From the NCBI GenBank assembly GCA_015711895.1, contig JACVJH010000189.1:1-33976 (forward strand): DNA of 33,976 bases. Direction: 5' to 3'. The DNA comes from Candidatus Solincola tengchongensis (GTDB lineage Bacteria; Actinomycetota; Geothermincolia; Geothermincolales; RBG-13-55-18). Each line of letters opens with the position of its first letter. Within the stretch, counting starts at the first letter, position 1. Positions 1-7,607 of the stretch are shown here, piece by piece. A program made the position numbers and the translations under genes. Below the pieces are notes generated by a model, which was not told the DNA's origin, made no database searches, and worked only from the letters and a program-made list of their open reading frames with translations.

Positions 1-1198
1 TGCCCGCCGTTCCGGTGAGCGGGGTGAACTCGGTGGGGGTGAGCAGCTCGGGGCTCTCCCCGTGGAGCTTGAAAAGGCTCTCGATGACCACGGTCTTGGC
101 CGGCATGTTGATGCCCAGCGAGAGGGTCTCCGTGGCGAAGACCACCTTCACCAGCCCCCGGGCGAAGAGGTCCTCCACTATCTCCTTGAATATGGGCAGG
201 TGTCCGGCGTGGTGGGAGGCCAACCCCCTCTTGAGGGCCTCCAGCCAGAGGTCGAAACCGAAGACCTTCAGATCCTCCTCCGGAAGCCAGGCCACCCGGG
301 CCAGGGCCTGCTCCTCGATGACCCGCTTCTCCTCCGGGGTGGTCAGGTCCGCGCCCTCCTCCAGGCAGTGAGCCACGCCGGCGTCGCAGCCGGCGCGGCT
401 GAAGATGAAGTAAATGGCCGGGAGCATGCCCGATTTGCGCAACCGCTCCACCACGTCCGCCCGGCGGGGGATGAGGTGGCGGGTGCGGGGCCTCCTGCCG
501 TCCCGGCCCCTGCCCTTCATGGAGCGCTCGTATTCCTCCACCACCCCCGGGGCCCGGTCGGAGAGAAGGTTGACCATGATGCCGCCTATGAAATAGTAGT
601 GGCGCAGCGGGACCGGCCGCCGGTCGTGGTAGACGACGTCCACGTCGCCGCGCAGGTCGTTGAGCCACTCCCCGAACTCGCCGTAGTTGGACACCGTGGC
701 CGAGAGGGCCACTATCTTGATGTCCGTGGGCAGGTGGATGATTATCTCCTCCCATACCGGACCCCGGAAGGGGTCCATGAGGTAATGGCATTCGTCGAGG
801 ACCACGTAGCGCAGGTCGTAGAGGTCCGGGGAGCGTTCGTAGATCATGTTGCGCAGCACCTCGGTGGTCATGATCACCACCGGCGCCTGGGGGTTGATGC
901 TGTTGTCCCCGGTGAGGAGGCCCACGGCGTCCGGCCCGTAGATGTCGCCGAAGTCGCGGAATTTCTGGTTGCTGAGCGCCTTCAGGGGCGTGGTGTAAAA
1001 GGTCCGTCCCCCCTGCCTCTCCGCCAGCCACACGGCGAACTCCGCCACCACCGTCTTCCCCGACCCGGTGGGGGCGACCACGAGTACGGAGCGGTCACGG
1101 GCAAGACTCTCTATGGCTTGGAGCTGGAAATCGTCCAGGGGGAAGGGATAGCGCGCGGTGAACTCCGCGATCAGGTCCTTTTCCCGTTTTCTCTCCAC
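1..1198 (-). CDS. Ski2/HelY-like DExH-box helicase, N-terminal ~399 codons (gene continues past the window start)
   Basis: Absent from the ORF track because there is no stop inside the window. My reverse translation from GTG 1196-1198 gives VERKREKDLIAEFTARYPFPLDDFQLQAIE..VVAPTGSGKT (Walker A)..VVLDECHYL (DExH)..VVFATETLSLGINMPAKTVV. The plus-strand ORF 62-1426 is its antisense shadow. Confidence 0.85.
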   Translation of the reverse strand, partial: MERKREKDLIAEFTARYPFPLDDFQLQAIESLARDRSVLVVAPTGSGKTVVAEFAVWLAERQGGRTFYTTPLKALSNQKFRDFGDIYGPDAVGLLTGDNSINPQAPVVIMTTEVLRNMIYERSPDLYDLRYVVLDECHYLMDPFRGPVWEEIIIHLPTDIKIVALSATVSNYGEFGEWLNDLRGDVDVVYHDRRPVPLRHYYFIGGIMVNLLSDRAPGVVEEYERSMKGRGRDGRRPRTRHLIPRRADVVERLRKSGMLPAIYFIFSRAGCDAGVAHCLEEGADLTTPEEKRVIEEQALARVAWLPEEDLKVFGFDLWLEALKRGLASHHAGHLPIFKEIVEDLFARGLVKVVFATETLSLGINMPAKTVVIESLFKLHGESPELLTPTEFTPLTGTAG

Positions 1199-1204
1199 GC
1201 CTCA

Positions 1205-1210
1205 ATTGTA
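1205..1210 (-). promoter_or_regulatory. -10-like TACAAT located 6 nt upstream of the helicase GTG start
   Basis: The minus strand reads ..tgcTACAATtgaggcGTGgagaga. The spacing fits a transcript that starts at or next to the start codon. Confidence 0.3.
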
Positions 1211-1617
1211 GCAGAATGCCGGCTGGGATGGGTGCCGGGCGGTGAGGCGGGCGCGGGCCCGTGGGAAGCCGATGCCCTTGAAGGATCGCCTGGCGTTTCG
1301 CGCCTCTCCCGGGAGGAACTCCGGATCTGGAGGTCAACGCGGAATGGCTCGAAGGAAAAAGAACGGTGGGCTCTGGGTAGGGCCGCAGTTTCGAGGATGG
1401 GCCACGATTTCGGTGATGAACCATAAGGGTGTGCCCCCTTTCGCCGCGTGAGGGATGGGTATTCGGGTCCAGGCCGCGGCTCTGCCCTCCGAGGGTTTTT
1501 CAAACGGGCGGACACCGCGCGGCGGTGTCGGGTAATATAAGGCGGGTGAGGCGTGGAGCGGCCCGATTTTTCCTGGGTTGAGGTACGGTCCCCGTGAGAG
1601 GCAGCCGGGATGTGGGT

Positions 1618-2460
1618 ATGGAGGGCGCCCTTTCCTGCCGGCCTGTGGAGCCGGGAGGGGAGAGGGAGCTCCTGTCCTTTCTGGAGAGGGATCCCGTGGC
1701 CAACCTGCGCCTGGTATGGAGCGTGAGGCGCTGGGGCCTCCTCAACCTGGGCCTTGCGGAGCAGGGAGAATTTCTCGCCCTGAGGGCGGGCGGCCGGATA
1801 AGGGGCGTCCTCTTCCGCGACAATCTGGGTCTGTGGAGGATCGCCGCGCGCGCGGAAGAGGCCCGCGCCCTGGTCCGGGCCGGCCTTGAGATGTGGGGAC
1901 CGCCGTCGGCCATGGCCGGGCGCCGCGAGGATATAGAGGCGATGCTGGAATGGTTCCCGGAGCTATCCAGCAGGGTGCAGCGGGTGGAGCGTGAGGTCTC
2001 GCTCGTGCTCCGGCCGGGAGATTTCGCTCCACGCCACCCGGAGCTGGCCGAGGTGGCCGGGGAGGAGGACCTGGAAACCCTGGTGGGCCTGGAGAGGTCC
2101 TTCCAGTGGGAGTATCTGGGAAACGTTTCCAGAGAATGGGAGATAAGGCTGCGCATGCTGCGCCTGGTCGAGGCGGGCACCACGGCCCTCGCCCGCTGCG
2201 ATGGACGGGCGGTGGCCAAGGCGGAGATGGAAGCGGTCACCCCGGGGGCGGACGAACTCGGCGGGGTTTACTGCCTCCCGGAGTTCCGCCGCCGGGGGTT
2301 CGCGGGGGCGGTCTGCAGCCTGCTCTGCGAGCGCTCCCTCTCCGGAGGCAAGCCCGTGCGCCTGGAGGCCAGGGAGGACAACCATGCCGCCATCTCCCTC
2401 TACCGCCGCTTGGGATTCCGGGAACTCTGGCCCCATCTGGTCGTCTCCTTCAAGGGATGA
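1618..2460 (+). CDS. GNAT family N-acetyltransferase
   Basis: ORF 1594-2460. The C-terminal acetyl-CoA motif region reads ELGGVYCLPEFRRRGFAGAVCSLL...AISLYRRLGFRE. ATG 1618 is the preferred start; GTG 1594 or 1612 are possible. Confidence 0.8.
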   Translation: MEGALSCRPVEPGGERELLSFLERDPVANLRLVWSVRRWGLLNLGLAEQGEFLALRAGGRIRGVLFRDNLGLWRIAARAEEARALVRAGLEMWGPPSAMAGRREDIEAMLEWFPELSSRVQRVEREVSLVLRPGDFAPRHPELAEVAGEEDLETLVGLERSFQWEYLGNVSREWEIRLRMLRLVEAGTTALARCDGRAVAKAEMEAVTPGADELGGVYCLPEFRRRGFAGAVCSLLCERSLSGGKPVRLEAREDNHAAISLYRRLGFRELWPHLVVSFKG

Positions 2461-2574
2461 CGGGACGGGCAGGTTTCACGCACGCCGGGGCCCGCACGGG
2501 GCTGCAAAGCTGTCAGTAGCGCCGGTTTTGATGTGCTAGACTATCTTCGATTTTTCGTATAGAGGAAAGGGGGC

Positions 2575-2853
2575 ATGATGGAGGAAACGCTCAGATTCGA
2601 GGATATCCCGGGTGTGGAGTGGGTCCCGTCGCCGCGGCCCTTCATCACCATCGATGCCTCGAAGTGCACGGGTTGCGGGAATTGCCTGCGCGTGTGCCTG
2701 GCGGGAGTGTTCCGGCTGCGCGAGAAGAAGGCCGAGGTCGCGAGCCTCGAACGGTGCATGGAATGCGCCTCCTGCCTTTTCGTCTGCGAGTCGGGCGCCG
2801 TCGATTTCGGATGGCCGGTGGGGGGTACGGGTTACCGCAGCGAGTGGGGTTGA
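2575..2853 (+). CDS. FixX-like ferredoxin (4Fe-4S)
   Basis: 92 aa with CTGCGNCLRVC and CMECASCLFVC motifs and a FixX-type C-terminus, FGWPVGGTGYRSEWG. The SD aaaggggg lies just upstream of the ATG. Confidence 0.8.
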   Translation: MMEETLRFEDIPGVEWVPSPRPFITIDASKCTGCGNCLRVCLAGVFRLREKKAEVASLERCMECASCLFVCESGAVDFGWPVGGTGYRSEWG

Positions 2854-2884
2854 TGAGCGCGCGGATGAAACGGGGGGTAGCGAT

Positions 2885-4219
2885 GTGAGTGCCGTGGATT
2901 ACGACGTCATAGTGGTAGGGGCGGGCTTCGGTGGGCCCGTGGCGGCCAAGAGGTGCGCCGAGGCGGGGCTTTCTACCCTTATATTGGAAAGAGCTTCCAC
3001 GCCGGGACAAAAGGTCATATCCAGCTGCACCATCCCCTTCTACGGTTTTCTCTTCGGTCCGCAGTGGATACGCGACGGCGACCCTCCCATCGAGAGGCCC
3101 ATCACCGGGATTCGCAACTTTTTCGTCCGCGACGGGAAGGTCTACGCTACGGACAATTCTTTTCGCGTCCCCGGGCCGCTGGCGAACCGCTTGGCCATCG
3201 GCTACACGGTATACTGCCGTCCTTTCTGCACCTGGTTGGCGGAGCGTGCGGTGGAGGCGGGCGCCGAGCTGCGGACCTCCGTCGCCGCGGTGGACGTGAT
3301 CATGGAAAGCGGGGCGGTGAAGGGGGTGGTGACGGACGGGGGCGAGGAACTTCGCTGCAGGCTCCTCATCGACGCCGAGGGAGTGCAGAACATCCTGGCC
3401 AGGAAGGCGGGGATACGCAAGACCTACCGTCCGGAAGCCGTGGAGTTGTGCCTCCTCTACGACTTCAAGATGGCCAAGGAGGACATCGACCGCATCTGCG
3501 GGTACCAGATCGAATACTACTGGGCCATGCCGGAGGAGAAGATCATCGCCCCCCTCGGCGAGGGGTCGGCGGTTTACATCTTCCCCTACCGGGAGAGTAT
3601 CCATATGACCATCGGGAGGTTCCTCAAGGGCGAGGAGGGGGTTCCTGTGCTCGCCAAGGAGCTCGACGCTTATTACCGGAGGTTCTTCCAGGTGGACCGC
3701 TGGCGTGAGATGTACGCCCCCCGCACCGAGCTGCGCGCGCGTATATGGGATACCTGTCCCATCTACGCCGGACTTTACCAGGACATGCGCAGCATGCCCA
3801 CCTTCGGGGACGGCGTGCTCCTCATAGGCGACGCCGCGGGCCTGGAGGCCGCGGCCATAGCTGACGGGGTCCCCTCCGCCTGGTTCTCCGCCGAGATGGC
3901 GGCGGAGACGGCCATCGAGGCCCTACGGGCCGGCGACACCGGCGCGTCTTTCCTCTCCCGCTACCAGCGCAGGCTGGAGGAGCATCCCCTCATCCCGGCC
4001 CTCATCAGCGACACTCACCGCAGGGACCTGGCGTGGGCGCGGTGGAGCGGCGACGAGGCGGAGATGAGGAGGCGGGTCAACCAGGGGTGGGGGATACGCC
4101 TCATGGGGCACCTCGCGTTGCCCGTGCTGCGTGCGGTGTACCGGGAGATGCGCCGCGATCCCCGTGTCCTCAAGAACTGGCTCGATATGTTCAACCGCTA
4201 TCACCGCCTGTATGCCTGA
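2885..4219 (+). CDS. FAD-dependent oxidoreductase, FixC / ETF-QO / geranylgeranyl-reductase superfamily
   Basis: Frame of ORF 2612-4219. The realistic start is GTG 2885, giving VSAVDYDVIVVGAGFGGPVAAKRCAEAGLSTLILER (a GxGxxG Rossmann motif), with ..LLIGDAAGL.. near the C-terminal FAD motif. The part upstream of 2885 overlaps fixX-like and looks non-proteinaceous. Confidence 0.8.
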   Translation: MSAVDYDVIVVGAGFGGPVAAKRCAEAGLSTLILERASTPGQKVISSCTIPFYGFLFGPQWIRDGDPPIERPITGIRNFFVRDGKVYATDNSFRVPGPLANRLAIGYTVYCRPFCTWLAERAVEAGAELRTSVAAVDVIMESGAVKGVVTDGGEELRCRLLIDAEGVQNILARKAGIRKTYRPEAVELCLLYDFKMAKEDIDRICGYQIEYYWAMPEEKIIAPLGEGSAVYIFPYRESIHMTIGRFLKGEEGVPVLAKELDAYYRRFFQVDRWREMYAPRTELRARIWDTCPIYAGLYQDMRSMPTFGDGVLLIGDAAGLEAAAIADGVPSAWFSAEMAAETAIEALRAGDTGASFLSRYQRRLEEHPLIPALISDTHRRDLAWARWSGDEAEMRRRVNQGWGIRLMGHLALPVLRAVYREMRRDPRVLKNWLDMFNRYHRLYA

Positions 4220-4243
4220 GAGGTGCGTGAAGCGGTAACCGCT

Positions 4244-4405
4244 TCTCGGGTCATGGCCGGACCGATAAGGAATCGGCATGCCGAGGAGGCCCGCGCCCTG
4301 GCCCGGGCCGGCCTCGAGATGTGGGGACCAGCGGCGGCCTTGGCCGGGCGAGGCGGGGATGTGTGAGAGATGCCGGAAGGGTTCCCCTAAGCTATCGCGG
4401 CTGCG
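4244..4405 (+). pseudogene. Decayed internal fragment of a second GNAT gene (paralog of 1618-2460)
   Basis: 4281-4397 aligns by hand to 1853-1968, with about 62 of the first 70 positions identical. It translates as AEEARALARAGLEMWGPAAALAGRGGDV*EMPEGFP*, versus AEEARALVRAGLEMWGPPSAMAGRREDIEAMLEWFPE in the intact gene. It contains in-frame stops and indels. Confidence 0.75.
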
Positions 4406-4422
4406 GTCCGGTAGCTTTTTTT
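4391..4422 (+). terminator. Intrinsic terminator downstream of the FixC-like gene
   Basis: GCTATCG/CGGTAGC stem (7 bp, one G-U) with an 11-nt loop, followed by TTTTTTT (4416-4422). It lies between convergent genes. Confidence 0.65.
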
Positions 4423-4428
4423 GGAACC

Positions 4429-5358
4429 TCAGGCTCCGGCCTCTCCTCCCGCCTCCGCCAGGAGGGCCTTGATGTCCATGGGAGCCGGCTTTTCCGGGTC
4501 CCGCTCCAGGGTGATGGCCTCCAGCTCGCATCGGGAAGCGCATACCCCGCACCCGAAGCAGCGGGCGGGGTCCACCTCCGCCACCAGGTCGCCCCCCAGG
4601 CTCAATGCCTTGAATGGGCAGGCCTCCACGCAGCTCCCGCAGCCGCTGCACTCCTCGGCGTCGACGCGAGCGACGTACCCTGAAGAGCATATATTGGGGG
4701 AACCGAAGGCCAGGTAGGCCTTCATGCCTATGCAGCAGCAGGAACAGCAGTTGCAGATGGCGAAGAAGCGCCCGCCGGCGGCGTCCTTGAAATAGGCGCA
4801 GTGCACGTGCCCCCGCTCGTGTTCCTCCTTGAGGATGCGCGTCGCCTCCTCGGGAAGTAGGCGCCTGAAGTTGTTGGGTTTGTGCTCCTCCAGGAAACCC
4901 AGGAAGGGTTCTCCCACCACGAGGCAGACGTCGAGGGGCAGGCAGGGCTTGCTCTGCGTGTGCCTGCAAGGGCATTCTATGACCCCGATGTGATCGGGGT
5001 CCTGGAGGATGATATCGTTGGCGATGGGGTAGGGGATGACCCTCTCCTGGCGGGGAAGGTAGACGTTCTCCTTCACGTTCACCAGGTCTACGGCGTGCTC
5101 CGTGCGCACCACCTTGGCATGATAGGTGCTGGTGGCCGGGTCGAGGGTCTCCCTGGCCACCTTGCCCACCACCACGTCCAGGATGTCCTCCATCTCCGGC
5201 GGAAGGTCGTGAGGAGGCTCCTTTTCCGCCACGTTGATGAGCTTGCCCAGGCGGTAGACGTAGGCGTTGGGGAACCGTCCGTAGAGGTAGCCGTGGATGA
5301 ACCCCTCGAGGTTGCGGTTGCCGAACATCTTGAAGAAACGCTTGACGGAATCGCGCAT
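4429..5358 (-). CDS. Cys-rich iron-sulfur protein with a C-terminal 2x[4Fe-4S] ferredoxin domain
   Basis: ORF 4429-5613, with the start trimmed to ATG 5356-5358 (MRDSVKRFFKMF..), which is preceded by GGAGGGAGGGAGG. Motifs: ECPCRH, CNCCSCCCIG, CSGCGSCVEACP, CFGCGVCASRC. Confidence 0.8.
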   Translation of the reverse strand: MRDSVKRFFKMFGNRNLEGFIHGYLYGRFPNAYVYRLGKLINVAEKEPPHDLPPEMEDILDVVVGKVARETLDPATSTYHAKVVRTEHAVDLVNVKENVYLPRQERVIPYPIANDIILQDPDHIGVIECPCRHTQSKPCLPLDVCLVVGEPFLGFLEEHKPNNFRRLLPEEATRILKEEHERGHVHCAYFKDAAGGRFFAICNCCSCCCIGMKAYLAFGSPNICSSGYVARVDAEECSGCGSCVEACPFKALSLGGDLVAEVDPARCFGCGVCASRCELEAITLERDPEKPAPMDIKALLAEAGGEAGA

Positions 5359-5401
5359 GCGCCTCCCTCCCTCCGAAGACGTACCCTCCCGGACGGTGGT
5401 T

Positions 5402-5407
5402 ATTATA
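5402..5407 (-). promoter_or_regulatory. -10 TATAAT for the 4Fe-4S gene
   Basis: The minus strand reads ..cctcatgTATAATaaccacc.., about 44 nt upstream of the ATG, inside an AT-rich island in otherwise GC-rich DNA. Confidence 0.45.
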
Positions 5408-5664
5408 CATGAGGCGCCCCGCCGAAGGCCCGGCGCCGTTCGGCGGCCGGTCTCCCGTACGGCTTCGGCCGGGTATGATGACGAAAAGAGGCGAAAGCGG
5501 TCGGCCTCCGGCGTCCCCCCGCGATGGGCGCGGAGATTTGGCCTCCGTGGGATGGAGGCAAGGATTCGCGGCGTGCGGCGTTCTCCGTGAAGGGATGGAG
5601 CGATAATGCGCATGCGAAGACGACAGGGAGCGCCGGCGGCACCGTCGGCGTTTCCCGCGGATGA

Positions 5665-5709
5665 ATGACTGAACTCTGCGAATGGGGTTTAATATTGGTG
5701 ATCGTCACC
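5665..5709 (+). promoter_or_regulatory. Candidate paaK-family promoter (ATGACT-17-TTTAAT/TAATAT) with the overlapping palindrome GGTGATCGTCACC
   Basis: ATGACT at 5665-5670, TTTAAT at 5688-5693 (TAATAT at 5690-5695), and a 13-nt palindrome at 5697-5709 at the expected start-site position. Confidence 0.35.
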
Positions 5710-5841
5710 GGGGTCTTGAGGAGCCGCCACGCCTTTGCAGACGTGAGGGTACTGCATCGTTGGCCCGCGCCGGGCCGGGGAGGGACGGCTGAGAGGGCCC
5801 TCGACCGGAGGCGCGAGGGGAGCGAATAAGGGGAGGAAGAC

Positions 5842-7161
5842 ATGCCCGAGGGAGAGTTCTGGAACCCGGAGGTGGAACTCCTTTCCGGGGAGGAGATACG
5901 CTCCTTGCAGCTGCGCCGGCTGCGTGCGGTGCTGGAGCGTTGCGGAAACAGCCCTTTCTACCGGGAATGGTTTCGCGAGGCGGGGTTCGATCCCGCCAGG
6001 GTGAGCTCCCTCGACGACCTCCGGGCCCTGCCCTTCATGGACAAGGAGACCCTGCGCGGAGGAGACCCGCGGCGCTTCCTCACCGTGCCCCTGGAGGAAG
6101 TGGTGCGCCTGCATTCCTCCTCCGGGACCACCGGGCAGGCCACGGTCGTCTTCCACACCGCACGGGACATCGATGCCTGGACGGAGCTGGTGGCCCGGTG
6201 CATGTACATGACCGGGGTGCGCCGCTCGGACGTCTTCCAGAACATGATGGGCTACGGGCTCTTCACCGGGGGCCTCGGATTTCACTACGCCGCGGAGAGG
6301 ATAGGGGCCCTGGTCATCCCGGCGGGCTCGGGGAACAGCAAGCGCCAGATCCAGCTGATGCGGGATTTCGGCACCACGGTCATCCACGTCATCCCCAGTT
6401 ACGCCCTCTACCTCCTGGACGTCTTCCGCGAACTGGGCCTCGACCCCAGGCGGGACACCAGCCTGCGCATCGCCTTCATCGGCGCCGAACCCCACACGGA
6501 GAGCCTCCGCCGCCGCCTGGAGGAGGCCTACGGCATCAAGGCCTACAATTCCTACGGGCTCTCGGAGATGAGCGGGCCCGGGGTGGCCTTCGAGTGCCCC
6601 TTCCAGGAAGGGATGCACGTAGGGGAGGACAGCTTCATCCTGGAGGCCATCGACCCCGAGCCCCTGGAGCCCGCGCCCGCGGCGGAGGGGGGCGAACGCG
6701 CGCGTACCCTGCACCGCGAGGGCATGCCCCTCCTACGCTACCGCACCCACGACCTGGCCCGGGTCTTCCCGGAGCCCTGCCGCTGCGGCCGGGCACACCG
6801 GCGCATCTCCCGCATCAAGGGGCGCACGGACGATATGTTCATCGTCAAGGGGGTCAACGTCTTTCCCATGCAGGTGGAGAGGGTGCTCCTGGGAATCCTC
6901 GGGGTGGGCTCGAACTACCGCATCGTGCTGGAGACGGTGGACAACAGGGACGAGATGCGCGTCCAGGTGGAAGTGTCCGGCGACCTCTGGCACGGTGAGG
7001 TGAAAGAGTTGAGCCAGTTGCGCCGCCGCATAGCACAGGAACTGCGCAACGAGATCCTGGTCACCCCGGTGGTGGAGCTCGTGGAGCCGGGCTCTCTTCC
7101 CGCCGGGGAGGGAAAAGCGGTGCGTGTGGTGGACATGCGGGATCACGCAAGGGGGGAATGA
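5842..7161 (+). CDS. paaK: Phenylacetate-CoA ligase family adenylate-forming enzyme
   Basis: 439 aa. Motifs: SSSGTTGQATVV (AMP-binding P-loop), YGLSEMSGPGVAFEC, LLRYRTHDL, GRTDDMFIVKGVNVFP. SD aaggggagg. The symbol is assigned at family level only. Confidence 0.85.
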   Translation: MPEGEFWNPEVELLSGEEIRSLQLRRLRAVLERCGNSPFYREWFREAGFDPARVSSLDDLRALPFMDKETLRGGDPRRFLTVPLEEVVRLHSSSGTTGQATVVFHTARDIDAWTELVARCMYMTGVRRSDVFQNMMGYGLFTGGLGFHYAAERIGALVIPAGSGNSKRQIQLMRDFGTTVIHVIPSYALYLLDVFRELGLDPRRDTSLRIAFIGAEPHTESLRRRLEEAYGIKAYNSYGLSEMSGPGVAFECPFQEGMHVGEDSFILEAIDPEPLEPAPAAEGGERARTLHREGMPLLRYRTHDLARVFPEPCRCGRAHRRISRIKGRTDDMFIVKGVNVFPMQVERVLLGILGVGSNYRIVLETVDNRDEMRVQVEVSGDLWHGEVKELSQLRRRIAQELRNEILVTPVVELVEPGSLPAGEGKAVRVVDMRDHARGE

Positions 7162-7592
7162 TCGTGGCACACCAGGTGAACGTCTTCGCGCGCAACCAGC
7201 CGGGGCGGCTGGAGAGGCTCACCCAGGTGCTCATGGAGGAGAACGTCAACATCAGGGCCATCACCATCGCCGGCGCCGACGACTTCGGGGTGGTGAAGCT
7301 ATTGGTGGACGACCCGGAGCGGGCGTACCAGGCCCTGCGGAGGGAGGGTTTTTCCGCTTACCTGAAGGAGGTCATAGCGGTGATCATGGACGACCGCCCG
7401 GGCGGCCTGCACCGCGTCTGCCGGGCCCTGGGGGAGAGGGGGGTGAACATCGAGGACGCCTACGGTTTCGTGGTCAAGGACCGCAGCACCGCGGTGCTGG
7501 TGGTGGAGGTGGAGAAGATCCCCGAGGCCGAGGAGGTCCTCAGGGAGGGCGGTTTCGCGCTCATGAGCGACGAGGAGCTCTATTCCCTGTAG
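7158..7592 (+). CDS. ACT domain-containing protein (tandem ACT), translationally coupled to the paaK-family gene
   Basis: 144 aa with two ACT-like repeats (VNVFARNQPGRLERLTQVL..; IAVIMDDRPGGLHRVCRAL..). Its ATG overlaps the paaK stop (ATGA). Confidence 0.75.
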   Translation: MIVAHQVNVFARNQPGRLERLTQVLMEENVNIRAITIAGADDFGVVKLLVDDPERAYQALRREGFSAYLKEVIAVIMDDRPGGLHRVCRALGERGVNIEDAYGFVVKDRSTAVLVVEVEKIPEAEEVLREGGFALMSDEELYSL

Positions 7593-7607
7593 TTTGCCGC
7601 GGCCGCT

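Noticed and set aside
6640-6730. Odd segment in the PaaK-family protein (..PAPAAEGGERARTLHREGMP..) where relatives usually have a hydrophobic strand (..GE.GELV.TTLT.E..P..), next to a GCGCGCG run
   Set aside because: This could hint at compensating frameshifts or a sequencing error. However, the reading frame is intact and its length is within one residue of expectation, and neither alternative frame gives a better match. I treat it as divergence.
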